63,776 nucleotides of DNA. It comes from Aplysia californica (taxonomy: Eukaryota). Made by a program: the position numbers and the translations under genes. The notes beneath the pieces are model-generated. The model was not told where the DNA came from and did no database searches. It saw only the letters and a program-made list of their open reading frames with translations. Positions within the stretch are counted from its first letter, which is position 1, and each line of letters opens with the position of its first letter. The stretch spans positions 116,157 through 179,932 of the forward strand of contig NW_004797628.1 in NCBI RefSeq assembly GCF_000002075.1, read 5' to 3'. Of the stretch, positions 13,311 through 34,400 are shown piece after piece.

Positions 13311-15364
13311 AAGTAAACACTCCGTTATGTAAAACGCCTTATTATTAGCTGCGTTCACACTGGAGTGGGTGCTATAGAAATGATCTAGAATCTAGATCTA
13401 CACTAGTACCTGTATTACTATTGTTTATAAATGGGAAAAAAATTTGCTGTATTTTATGATTTGACTTAGTGTTAAAACAATACCATGCCGGTTTTAAAAC
13501 AGAAAATATCTGAAATAGATCTAAATACAGATTACCGGTGTATCGAAGGTTTCAAGAGGAAATTGGAACAGGATCTGATTTGATTGGAGCATAAGCTTAT
13601 TTTGTATTTAGAAGTTGTTTCGAAAATCTCCGTCAATTTTTTTGTTTTTTATAATTTATAGCCTAAACCTCTAGTCTTACACTTCTAGATTTTTGCATGA
13701 ACCAAGTACCCTACCCGGTAAGTAGGCTACTATATTTGATCAAATTTCATGCCTTCATTTAAAAGTTATTACGAAAACCGAGGGTTCCGTTATTTTGTGT
13801 CCCCGCGTTATCATATTATATTTGGTCGATAACTTTATTGTTAACGTACTCGTGTGTTGTTACTAGTAAATGTTGTTAATAACATTTGATGAATTTGTAT
13901 TGTTTGTCATGATCTTTTAAAAGGCTTAAATGCTACCGGTACTCAAAAATTGTCATGTTTTTAAACTAAAAATGTTAAGCCTGTATTAATGCGCCTGGGA
14001 TGGGAAGGATGCAATTTTAGGCGGTTTACCTTGCAATTTTACTATTTCAAAAATGCAAATCAAGGTTGAGTGTGCAAAGCATTTTCCGTCTTAGACAGGT
14101 GAAACCCTCGGAAGGGAGCGGATTTTTCTTTCCGTTTACGCGTTGGACAGGTTTCCGTTTAAAACGGTTTTATACACAGATAAATAGAGGAATATATCAA
14201 GGGGGGAGCAGGGAGATTCCGTTAAGGCAGGTTCGACTGTATACAGTTTACCGCAAAACAGAAATTCTGTTGCAATTAGTGACGGGTCAAGTGTCAAGGT
14301 GATTTTCGTGGTAGGGACAGTAGCCTACTATATAAGACGGAAAACGCTTTGCCCGCCCAGCCCTGATTTGAAGCAAATATCGCAAGTTCGGTTCCGCCGG
14401 CTCTAAACTAGTCTCTGCTCTAAACTGAACGCTACCGGTATGGCTAGATGGTCAGAAATAGTAAGATTAAGAACGTATCATTTAATGCCTCATTTTATCT
14501 CAGATTTGATTGCAGAAATGGATTCCTGGCCCAAAAACACATAGGAGTAGAGCTTTGGGGCGTCTTTCTTGTTCTATAGAAGTTATAGATGAATTTGTTG
14601 AAATTATGCCGCATAATTTCTTCTCTATCTAACCTCATATCATTGTAATGCTTCATGTTATCACAGAAATGATAACAGAAATAGATCCCTGGTCCAAAAG
14701 TACATTGGCATGGAAAGTTTCAGACATTTACCATGACTTTAGGTGATTTTATTCAGAAAAGTGTTTAGGCCATGTGTACCGTGTTGTGATTTTCTGTTTA
14801 TAACGCAAAATTTCCCATTTTTGTGGTTCCATCTGATTAAATTGAAGTGGCAGAACTCTGAAAAAAAAATTGGGCTATGAATTTGCACTACTGTGAATAT
14901 GTTCTGTAAGTTTCTTTTCTTTTCAGCAATAACTTTCCATTTTATTGATGTCTGAAATCAATCTTTTTAGCATTTTTGAATTAACATTATGCATCAAGTA
15001 GTAATTTTTTTCCAATTTTAAGTCTCTGTATTGGCTTTATTTAAACTCTGATTGTCCTCATCTTGCCGTCTTGGTATTTTGTATAGTTTATACTGGCACC
15101 TGTTGAAACAAATGATAACACACACTTTATGTACCTGAATAAATTTTCTGTGAACTCACAAAATGGCACTTTTTAACGTGATTTTAAAGTTGCCAAAAAT
15201 TTACGATGTCCACAAATTTCAAATTCAAACGCCTGTCATTTTTAAAATTTATTGTCCGATTTCTATAATTCAAACACCAAAGTTTGTGGTTTGCATAGTT
15301 CTTTATGATGCAACAAACATATGTTTGATAAAGCACTTTGAAATTTGGGTTTGTGGTACCTAGA

Positions 15365-15500
15365 ATAAGTGCCAAAGATTAGAGGTGTTACAAGAGAGTA
15401 ACAAACACAAAAAAACGAAGGGAGACACAAAGACGATAGATGTTTGTTAGGAAAGAAGCAGCAGCAAACCACACCAGAGCACCTGCCGACCACACACTAA
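15365..15500 (-). repeat. Dispersed ~150 bp repeat (LINE 3' end/SINE-like); other copies near 6000, 16505, 17680, 26200, 38375, 44400, 52155, 53240, 57580
   Basis: Shared core ggttggcaggtgctctggtgtggtttgctccttctttcct...gcacttatatgacctaattgtgttgcaagtgccataaaac, present in both orientations. Confidence 0.7.
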
Positions 15501-15624
15501 TTAGAGTAAGTTCAGTAAGCCAAACAGAAAAAGATAGTAAAAAAAACCCCAAAGGAAGTAACTGATTATAATGGTAAAATAGACATACAACCATGACAAG
15601 CAGCCTACCTCCAATATGTAGCAT

Positions 15625-15800
15625 TGATAGTCTGGTGGTTAGGATACCGAGCATGTAATCCCATTGTCCCAAGATTTTAGGTCTGGGGGTTCGAGAATCG
15701 ACACGACCCAACTTGTGTCCCTGGGAAAGGCACTTTACATGAATATTCCCACCTGGTTCGATCCAATCTGAGATGGGTGCTAAATTCAGTTCCCAACCTC
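15625..15800 (+). mobile_element. tRNA-headed CORE-like SINE, degenerate
   Basis: tagtctggtggttagg A-box, ggggttcgag B-box, then gtgtccctgggaaaggcacttt core; same family as 60195-60520. Confidence 0.55.
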
Positions 15801-16314
15801 TTAATGCCCTGGTAACCTTAGAGTTGCAAAGGGCTTTAAACCCACATAATTTCATATTGAAAAGGACAAACAATTCAAGAAAAGAGCTTGTATTAGTAGA
15901 GGTGTTGCAGCGCTCCCAACAGCAAAAGGTCATATGAGCGCCAAGGGGTAGATGTCAACAGAAAAGTCCTGACAGGGAATCAGACGTACTCTGCTCACCT
16001 CTCTAGCTTCAACAGCACAAGGTCTGCTCGACTATCAAGGCACCCGGGTCACAAGAGTGTGACAAACACACAAAAGAAGTAGAGGATTGACGATAGCAAG
16101 GATTAGGAAAGAAAAAGCAGCAGTTCCCTGTTGTAGTTCAGGCACAGTTATGTGCATGACATTGTTCAAGAAAAGAAACTTGAACGATCTCGCAGTGATC
16201 TACAAAACGAAGGCTCTTCTATACATAAGCACAACAGCCAACACACTTAATGAAAGAAATAGACAAGTCTGTGAACCAGTATGTTTCTGGGCAAAACCAG
16301 TTTATTACATTGAT

Positions 16315-25524
<9,210 letters not shown>

Positions 25525-25551
25525 GATTGCTGTGTCTGTTGAACTACCAAC

Positions 25552-25562
25552 AAAAAAGGAAG
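25552..25562 (-). promoter_or_regulatory. TCT/5'TOP polypyrimidine initiator of RPS15
   Basis: CTTCCTTTTTT about 30 nt upstream of the exon-1 ATG, as is typical of ribosomal protein genes. Confidence 0.8.
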
Positions 25563-26828
25563 TAGGCTGGCGGAACCGGATGTGAGTAGATCTATAATTC
25601 GAAATTCCGTACACAGCTTGCAAACACTGGGTTCTGCTTCCCCCATGTCTATTTTCGCGATCATAAAAACACATAATAGATGTATCACTAATAATAATAA
25701 TTATAATAATAATAATAATAATTATAATAATGATAATAATAAATAAATAATAATAACAATGATAATAATAATGATATTAATAATAATATGATTACAAAAT
25801 GCATTGTTTGGAGGTCACAATAAAACTGAACATTTCACACTATTTTTACGCTCTTTAGGCATATAAGCTTTAATTTAATTTGAATCAGAAATAGATCTAC
25901 ATTAAATTGTACTCTTGTCATTTCTTTTGTCATATTGAAATATACCCCCCCCCCCTGTTTTATGGATTGTGAATTAAAGAAAAATATTTTTTAAAATTAA
26001 AAAAACAACCAGCTGCACAGTAAAGATTTTTCAACCTCATGCTGTACGCCTCGTTTTCTTTTGAACTCGGATTGTTTTGTGTGGAGTTTTCAACCCATTT
26101 GGTTGTTCTTTCTGGTTGGTACGCTTCTTCGTTTTCTGATTAACTGTTGTTGTTTTTTTTTCCTCTCTTTTTCTTCTGATTTAAAATAAAATATTTGGTA
26201 AGTGTTTTACACGCTTGCAATTGCATAAGGTCATATGAGAGCACAGGACACGTTAAACAATTNNNNNNNNNNNNNNNNNNNNNNNNNNNNNNNNNNNNNN
26301 NNNNNNNNNNNNNNNNNNNNNNNNNNNNNNNNNNNNNNNNNNNNNNNNNNNNNNNNNNNNNNNNNNNNNNNNNNNNNNNNNNNNNNNNNNNNNNNNNNNN
26401 NNNNNNNNNNNNNNNNNNNNNNNNNNNNNNNNNNNNNNNNNNNNNNNNNNNNNNNNNNNNNNNNNNNNNNNNNNNNNNNNNNNNNNNNNNNNNNNNNNNN
26501 NNNNNNNNNNNNNNNNNNNNNNNNNNNNNNNNNNNNNNNNNNNNNNNNNNNNNNNNNNNNNNNNNNNNNNNNNNNNNNNNNNNNNNNNNNNNNNNNNNNN
26601 NNNNNNNNNNNNNNNNNNNNNNNNNNNNNNNNNNNNNNNNNNNNNNNNNNNNNNNNNNNNNNNNNNNNNNNNNNNNNNNNNNNNNNNNNNNNNNNNNNNN
26701 NNNNNNNNNNNNNNNNNNNNNNNNNNNNNNNNNNNNNNNNNNNNNNNNNNNNNNNNNNNNNNNNNNNNNNNNNNNNNNNNNNNNNNNNNNNNNNNNNNNN
26801 NNNNNNNNNNNAACAGATTTAATTTTTT

Positions 26829-26848
26829 TGGTGGCCCTTAAAAGGGCC
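26829..26848 (-). promoter_or_regulatory. Histone 3' stem-loop (SLBP-binding type), copy 1
   Basis: Minus strand GGCCCT-TTTA-AGGGCC-ACCA: 6-bp stem, 4-nt UUUN loop, ACCA tail. Confidence 0.8.
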
Positions 26849-27045
26849 TAGTAAAAAAATGTTAAGATTGTTTTTTCTTGCTGAAACAGGTTTCCATTTT
26901 CCTTCCAGGAGAAGCACGGGTCGATCTTGTGGTCGTGGGCGGAAAAGAAAGAGAATGACGTTCTGCAACAAAAAATCTATCAGGATAAGATACTATTGAA
27001 GACCACTCGACGCAGGCTTCAGCTTTCAGGATCGTTTCACCTGCT

Positions 27046-27816
27046 TCACACCGCTGCGCCCTCGGCGCTCTCCATGGATGTGAAGAGCGCCACTACGGCG
27101 GCCAGTACTTGTGCCTCAATATCTTCTTCTTGCGGCGGGTAGTCGGCCGATGATTCAGAAAGAGACGAGTCAACACAAGGAAACATCTCCTCGATTTCCT
27201 CCTCCGTAGGGGTTGGCATTAAATGGAAAATTCGAGGGTCCCATACATGGAGCATTCTGATTTTATCGTGCTCCTCTTCCTGTATGGGAGAAACAGTGAA
27301 TTGTTCTGACCTCAAAGATATTATTTCGAGGTCTTCTTCACTGTCAGCCCAGCTGGTGCCGCCATAGGACAAGTCTACGAAACCACGCGGTGTCAATGGA
27401 ATGACAGGCGTGTATGTTGTTTCGAAGACTACGGCGGCCGGTTCAGCTGTAGGCGAGGCCTCTTTGTAAGCATTGCCACTGGTCTCTTCCACTTGCAGAG
27501 ACCTACTTCCGGAGTGGCAAGCATTTTGATCCAAGGCCTCTGTCGAATTTTGACTTTTCTTTCTTTTTTTTTCTGTAGCGGCCATCTTGCCCCCAAAGCA
27601 AGACATCAAAAGTTGTTGGACTTTTTTCATCACCGGCATCTTGAGAGTCAGCAGGAAACCCGAGTGAAAGGCGTCGCAATCAAATGTTGTGAAAGTACGG
27701 ACCTCCGGGAGTACGAGAGCCATCCTGCCAGATGACGCAATGCGCTCACGGTGGTGCAGTGAACGCGAGAGTAAATAATATTGTATAACTATGGCGTGTT
27801 CACTTTCGTCATACAT
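27046..27816 (-). CDS. Uncharacterised acidic protein, array copy 1 (256 aa from first ATG outside the LTR; 179 aa if started at AAGATGGCC, 27585)
   Basis: Uninterrupted ORF, GC-richer than flanks, kept open in all four copies, with the histone stem-loop ~200 nt downstream; no recognised family. Confidence 0.6.
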   Translation of the reverse strand: MYDESEHAIVIQYYLLSRSLHHRERIASSGRMALVLPEVRTFTTFDCDAFHSGFLLTLKMPVMKKVQQLLMSCFGGKMAATEKKRKKSQNSTEALDQNACHSGSRSLQVEETSGNAYKEASPTAEPAAVVFETTYTPVIPLTPRGFVDLSYGGTSWADSEEDLEIISLRSEQFTVSPIQEEEHDKIRMLHVWDPRIFHLMPTPTEEEIEEMFPCVDSSLSESSADYPPQEEDIEAQVLAAVVALFTSMESAEGAAV

Positions 27817-27841
27817 GTACCGTGTTTTAAAAAAAGGAAGT

Positions 27842-30276
27842 TGTGGTGTATTAAGTCTTAAGTACGCAGAGATGAGAGAATTGGTTAAGAAGGCGAAGGC
27901 TGCGATCAGTTTTATCATTTTATGTTTATTCTTGTGCAGTCATACAATAGTAGTCAGTTAACATTAACGTTTTTAGCGGGTTTTCCGCAATATGCCAGAA
28001 TGGACTATTGGGGCCAAAATTAGATTACATCACACCCTCGCTCTGCTTCTGAAGAACTCTGTCGAAGAGACATGGTTTCAGGATATCGAGACGTGAACGA
28101 GTGTTTCTGCCCAGAAGAAGTTTTGCTGGTGACTCTCCTGTTGTGGCGCGTGCAGAATTTCGGTATGCCATCAGAAAACGTGAAAGTTTCATATGTGCAG
28201 TGAGCCTCCGTCCGATTTCGCAGATTTCATGTCATTTTTGAAGACTTGAACAAAACGTTCTTCGATGCCGTTTGTTAAAGGATGGTACGGGGCACTTGTG
28301 ATGTGCTTTATGCCGTTGTGTCGCAGGAAGCTTTTGAACTCTTCAGAGGTAAATTGCGGACCGTTGTCACTGACGAGTTGGGTCGGAAGTCCAAACCTTG
28401 CGAAAATTGTGGTCAGAACATCTATTGTAGCGCTGGAGGTAGTCGAAGTTGTGGGTATCTCTTTAGCCCATTTTGTGTGCGCATCAATGACTATCAGGAC
28501 CATACAATTCATAAATGGACCTGCATAGTCTGTGTGTATGCGTTGCCATGGTTTTTCTGGAAACGTCCATGGGTGCTGTGATGAACTTTGTGGGTCTGGT
28601 TGTGACTACATGCAGCCAGTACAGCCTTTGGTCATTTGCTCTATGTCCTTGTCCAGTCCTGGCCACCAGAAGTATCCACGAGTCATGTTCTTCATCTTGA
28701 CTATGCCTAGATGACCTTCATGCAGTTGTTGAAGGACTGATGTTTGAAGACTCTTGGGAACAATAGCCCGTGAATCCCACACTCGTGAACCCCACATTAA
28801 GCATCCTTGGTGGACGCCGAGTTCATCTTGTCTGTTCATATATATACGGCTTCATTTCACTTGGAACTTGTTGAGGCCAACCGTTTTGTGTGAAGTGGAT
28901 GACCTTTGACAAGATGGTGTCAGTTCTTGAGGCCTTGTTAATGTCCGATGCACTGATTGGCAGTCCTGTAAGGATTTCATTATACATGTAATACATCTCT
29001 TCCATTTCGCCGTCATCTGTGCTTCTCACAGATAATGAAAGTCTTGACTGAGTGTCTGCGTTGGCATTGCTTTTGGAGTTCCTGTATTCGATGGTGTAGT
29101 TGAATCCTGATAGGAATGCAGCGCAGCGTTGCTGGCGTGCTGCCGATGTAGCTGGAATGCCTGTGTTCGGCCCGAAAATGAACTTCAGCGGTTGGTGATC
29201 TGTGATGAGAGTAAAGTGATGACCACATATGTAGTTGTAGTTGTAGTTGTAGTTGTAGAATTTCTTGACACTCTACACAATGGCGAGAGCTTCCTTGTCT
29301 ATTTGGGAGTAATTCGAATCAGATTTCGAGAGGCATACGCTATTGGACGTTCTTCAATGTCCTCTGTAATGTGTGACAGCACAGCACCTATGCCGTAGGG
29401 TGAAGCACCACAGGCCAGTCTGCGACTACTGAGAGGAAGGTCTGGCTTGTAGCGGACCAGTACTTCCTCTGATGCAATCATGTCTTTTGCCTGCTGAAAT
29501 GCTCTGCTGCACTCGGTAGACCAGACGAAAGGCGTGTTGTTTTGCAACAGCTCGTGGAGTGGCTTTGCGATGAGGGCAATGTTCTTGAGGAACTTGTGGT
29601 AGTAGTTGAGTGGTCCCAGAAATGACCTGAGCTGGGTTTTGTTCTCAGGAATTGGGGCATTGACTATGGCATCAACACTTTCTTGGGTTTTGTTGAGTCC
29701 ATGTTTGTTGATTTTGAACCCGCAGAAGACGACTTCTTCTTGAAAGAATTTACATTTATCCTGGTCGGCCTTTAGACCGTTATCTTCCAGCCTTTTTATT
29801 ACTTCTGCAAGATTTTCCAGGTGCTTCTTATCGTTTTCGCCTGTGATGATCATGTCGTCCTGGTTGCACTGGACACCTTCTGCACCTTGGAGTACATGTA
29901 TTTGGTCAATTGTGCGTTGCCAGATAGCAGGCGATGACGTGATGCCAAAGACCAAACGGTTGAAAACATATAGTCCTTTGTGCGTGTTAATGGTGGTGAG
30001 AGGTCTGGATGACTCATCAAAGGGAGGCTGAAGATAGGCCTGGCAAAGATCGATCTTGGAGAATTTTTCTCCTGCTCCTGGTTGGGCGAAGAGATCTTCA
30101 ATCCTTGGGAGGGTGTATTGTTCTGCCTCAAGGACTGGGTTGATTGTGATTTTGAAATCACCGCAGATACGTACATCCCCAGAGCGTTTGAGAACTGGAA
30201 CTATTGGATTTGCCCACTCGGAATGGGTGGTCTTTGTCAGAATCCCAGCTGATTCCAGTTTTTCCAGTTCTTTCTC
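27842..30276 (-). mobile_element. Gypsy (Mag-clade) LTR retrotransposon relic, 3' part, copy A; 3' LTR 27842-28034
   Basis: TG...CA LTR, PPT agagcgaggg, integrase (VIDAHTKW..SDNGPQF..SAPYHPLTNGIEERFV), HHCC (LHEGH..GCTGC), RNase H and RT fragments; TSD GAAGT at 27837-27841. Confidence 0.92.
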
Positions 30277-30393
30277 NNNNNNNNNNNNNNNNNNNNNNNN
30301 NNNNNNNNNNNNNNNNNNNNNNNNNNNNNNNNNNNNNNNNNNNNNNNNNNNNNNNNNNNNNNNNNNNNNNNNNNNNAACAGATTTAATTTTTT

Positions 30394-30413
30394 TGGTGGC
30401 CCTTAAAAGGGCC
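30394..30413 (-). promoter_or_regulatory. Histone 3' stem-loop, copy 2
   Basis: Identical to copy 1. Confidence 0.8.
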
Positions 30414-30610
30414 TAGTAAAAAAATGTTAAGATTGTTTTTTCTTGCTGAAACAGGTTTCCATTTTCCTTCCAGGAGAAGCACGGGTCGATCTTGTGGTCG
30501 TGGGCGGAAAAGAAAGAGAATGACGTTCTGCAACAAAAAATCTATCAGGATAAGATACTATTGAAGACCACTCGACGCAGGCTTCAGCTTTCAGGATCGT
30601 TTCACCTGCT

Positions 30611-31381
30611 TCACACCGCTGCGCCCTCGGCGCTCTCCATGGATGTGAAGAGCGCCACTACGGCGGCCAGTACTTGTGCCTCAATATCTTCTTCTTGCGG
30701 CGGGTAGTCGGCCGATGATTCAGAAAGAGACGAGTCAACACAAGGAAACATCTCCTCGATTTCCTCCTCCGTAGGGGTTGGCATTAAATGGAAAATTCGA
30801 GGGTCCCATACATGGAGCATTCTGATTTTATCGTGCTCCTCTTCCTGTATGGGAGAAACAGTGAATTGTTCTGACCTCAAAGATATTATTTCGAGGTCTT
30901 CTTCACTGTCAGCCCAGCTGGTGCCGCCATAGGACAAGTCTACGAAACCACGCGGTGTCAATGGAATGACAGGCGTGTATGTTGTTTCGAAGACTACGGC
31001 GGCCGGTTCAGCTGTAGGCGAGGCCTCTTTGTAAGCATTGCCACTGGTCTCTTCCACTTGCAGAGACCTACTTCCGGAGTGGCAAGCATTTTGATCCAAG
31101 GCCTCTGTCGAATTTTGACTTTTCTTTCTTTTTTTTTCTGTAGCGGCCATCTTGCCCCCAAAGCAAGACATCAAAAGTTGTTGGACTTTTTTCATCACCG
31201 GCATCTTGAGAGTCAGCAGGAAACCCGAGTGAAAGGCGTCGCAATCAAATGTTGTGAAAGTACGGACCTCCGGGAGTACGAGAGCCATCCTGCCAGATGA
31301 CGCAATGCGCTCACGGTGGTGCAGTGAACGCGAGAGTAAATAATATTGTATAACTATGGCGTGTTCACTTTCGTCATACAT
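30611..31381 (-). CDS. Uncharacterised acidic protein, array copy 2
   Basis: Same ORF as 27046-27816. Confidence 0.6.
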   Translation of the reverse strand: MYDESEHAIVIQYYLLSRSLHHRERIASSGRMALVLPEVRTFTTFDCDAFHSGFLLTLKMPVMKKVQQLLMSCFGGKMAATEKKRKKSQNSTEALDQNACHSGSRSLQVEETSGNAYKEASPTAEPAAVVFETTYTPVIPLTPRGFVDLSYGGTSWADSEEDLEIISLRSEQFTVSPIQEEEHDKIRMLHVWDPRIFHLMPTPTEEEIEEMFPCVDSSLSESSADYPPQEEDIEAQVLAAVVALFTSMESAEGAAV

Positions 31382-31407
31382 GTACCGTGTTTAAAAAAAA
31401 AGGAAGT

Positions 31408-34400
31408 TGTGGTGTATTAAGTCTTAAGTACGCAGAGATGAGAGAATTGGTTAAGAAGGCGAAGGCTGCGATCAGTTTTATCATTTTATGTTTATTCTTG
31501 TGCAGTCATACAATAGTAGTCAGTTAACATTAACGTTTTTAGCGGGTTTTCCGCAATATGCCAGAATGGACTATTGGGGCCAAAATTAGATTACATCACA
31601 CCCTCGCTCTGCTTCTGAAGAACTCTGTCGAAGAGACATGGTTTCAGGATATCGAGACGTGAACGAGTGTTTCTGCCCAGAAGAAGTTTTGCTGGTGACT
31701 CTCCTGTTGTGGCGCGTGCAGAATTTCGGTATGCCATCAGAAAACGTGAAAGTTTCATATGTGCAGTGAGCCTCCGTCCGATTTCGCAGATTTCAATGCA
31801 TTTTTGAAGACTTGAACAAAACGTTCTTCGATGCCGTTTGTTAAAGGATGGTACGGGGCACTTGTGATGTGCTTTATGCCGTTGTGTCGCAGGAAGCTTT
31901 TGAACTCTTCAGAGGTAAATTGCGGACCGTTGTCACTGACGAGTTGGGTCGGAAGTCCAAACCTTGCGAAACTTGTGGTCAGAACATCTATTGTAGCGCT
32001 GGAGGTAGTCGAAGTTGTGGGTATCTCTTTAGCCCATTTTGTGTGCGCATCAATGACTATCAGGACCATACAATTCATAAATGGACCTGCATAGTCTGTG
32101 TGTATGCGTTGCCATGGTTTTTCTGGAAACGTCCATGGGTGCTGTGATGAACTTTGTGGGTCTGGTTGTGACTACATGCAGCCAGTACAGCCTTTGGTCA
32201 TTTGCTCTATGTCCTTGTCCAGTCCTGGCCACCAGAAGTATCCACGAGTCATGTTCTTCATCTTGACTATGCCTAGATGACCTTCATGCAGTTGTTGAAG
32301 GACTGATGTCTGAAGACTCTTGGGAACAATAGCCCGTGAATCCCACACTCGTGAACCCCACATTAAGCATCCTTGGTGGACGCCGAGTTCATCTTGTCTG
32401 TTCATATATATACGGCTTCATTTCACTTGGAACTTGTTGAGGCCAACCGTTTTGTGTGAAGTGGATGACCTTTGACAAGATGGTGTCAGTTCTTGAGGCC
32501 TTGTTAATGTCCGATGCACTGATTGGCAGTCCTGTAAGGATTTCATTATACATGTAATACATCTCTTCCATTTCGCCGTCATCTGTGCTTCTCACAGATA
32601 ATGAAAGTCTTGACAGAGTGTCTGCGTTGGCATTGCTTTTGGAGTTCCTGTATTCGATGGTGTAGTTGAATCCTGATAGGAATGCAGCGCAGCGTTGCTG
32701 GCGTGCTGCCGATGTAGCTGGAATGCCTGTGTTCGGCCCGAAAATGAACTTCAGCGGTTGGTGATCTGTGATGAGAGTAAAGTGATGACCACATATGTAG
32801 TTGTAGTTGTAGTTGTAGTTGTAGAATTTCTTGACACTCTACACAATGGCGAGAGCTTCCTTGTCTATTTGGGAGTAATTCGAATCAGATTTCGAGAGGC
32901 ATACGCTATTGGACGTTCTTCAATGTCCTCTGTAATGTGTGACAGCACAGCACCTATGCCGTAGGGTGAAGCATCACAGGCCAGTCTGCGACTACTGAGA
33001 GGAAGGTCTGGCTTGTAGCGGACCAGTACTTCCTCTGATGCAATCATGTCTTTTGCCTGCTGAAATGCTCTGCTGCACTCGGTAGACCAGACGAAAGGCG
33101 TGTTGTTTTGCAACAGCTCGTGGAGTGGCTTTGCGATGAGGGCAATGTTCTTGAGGAACTTGTGGTAGTAGTTGAGTGGTCCCAGAAATGACCTGAGCTG
33201 GGTTTTGTTCTCAGGAATTGGGGCATTGACTATGGCATCAACACTTTCTTGGGTTTTGTTGAGTCCATGTTTGTTGATTTTGAACCCGCAGAAGACGACT
33301 TCTTCTTGAAAGAATTTACATTTATCCTGGTCGGCCTTTAGACCGTTATCTTCCAGCCTTTTTATTACTTCTGCAAGATTTTCCAGGTGCTTCTTATCGT
33401 TTTCGCCTGTGATGATCATGTCGTCCTGGTTGCACTGGACACCTTCTGCACCTTGGAGTACATGTATTTGGTCAATTGTGCGTTGCCAGATAGCAGGCGA
33501 TGACGTGATGCCAAAGACCAAACGGTTGAAAACATATAGTCCTTTGTGCGTGTTAATGGTGGTGAGAGGTCTGGATGACTCATCAAAGGGAGGCTGAAGA
33601 TAGGCCTGGCAAAGACGCGAGAATTTTTCTCCTGCTCCTGGTTGGGCGAAGAGATCTTCAATCCTTGGGAGGGTGTATTGTTCTGCCTCAAGGACTGGGT
33701 TGATTGTGATTTTGAAATCACCGCAGATACGTACATCCCCAGAGCGTTTGAGAACTGGAACTATTGGATTTGCCCACTCGGAATGGGTGGTCTTTGTCAG
33801 AATCCCAGCTGATTCCAGTTTTTCCAGTTCTTTCTCGACCTTCTTTGTGAGAGCGTAGGGCACGGGTCTCGCCTTCAGGAACTTTGGTGGGGCCTGGTGT
33901 TGGATAGTGAGTCTTGCTTGGTGGCTTTTTGCTGTTCCCATCCCTTCAGTGAAGACCTCTTTGTGCGTGGTCAGCAACTCTTGCTATTCGGTTTGCGAAT
34001 CTTGAGAAGTAGAGGCAGGAATTAATGCTTGCTGAATCTGTTTAAGAGCATGCCACTAAAGCTGGAACTTTTGCAGCCAGTTTCGTCCAAATAATGGATT
34101 GCTGCCTTTTTGAAGAATGCACAAGGGCAGCTTCTTCTCGACATTATCCATTTTTACCAGCACCTCAGCAACTCCCAGCGGCCGCACTTGCTCCCCTGTG
34201 TAAGTTTAAAGTACAGTGTTGCAGGTATGAAGTGTCGAACAATTTGCAGTAGTCCTGCATTGACATGATGCTCAGACTGGAGCCAGTGTCCAATTCCATG
34301 GGGATTTGCTTTGCTTTGACGAAGGGGTGGATCCAAATTTTACTGGGCGAGCCATTGTACTGGTGAATGCTGAAGAAGTCCACTGTTTCAGTGTCTTCGT

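Larger units (their letters stand above)
10291..14239 (-). mobile_element. Tc1/mariner(pogo)-like element inserted into the Academ element (same family as 6824)
   Basis: TA|CAGTCGAACCTG ... CAGGTTCGACTG|TA termini; TA at 10289-90 and 14240-41. Confidence 0.75.
6986..14330 (+). mobile_element. Academ (AcademX-type) DNA transposon, decayed and interrupted
   Basis: TAG...CTA termini; imperfect TIRs (tagtccactgtcc..acgaaaa..acccgtcaccaattgcaacagaa versus reverse complement of 14264-14330); TAA duplicated at 6983-6985 and 14333-14335; internal fragments of an XPG/PIN-like nuclease and a Cys-rich finger. Confidence 0.7.

Noticed and set aside
26833-26848. Rho-independent terminator interpretation of the hairpin
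   Set aside because: Eukaryotic context; the exact 6/4 geometry with ACCA fits the histone element.
26811-27100. A histone gene upstream of the stem-loop
   Set aside because: No histone-fold or Lys/Ala-rich H1-like translation is recognisable in any frame of the unit.
27817-27918. 290-aa extended version of the array ORF
   Set aside because: Starts inside the LTR and is in frame only in copy 1 because of a T/A-tract length difference.
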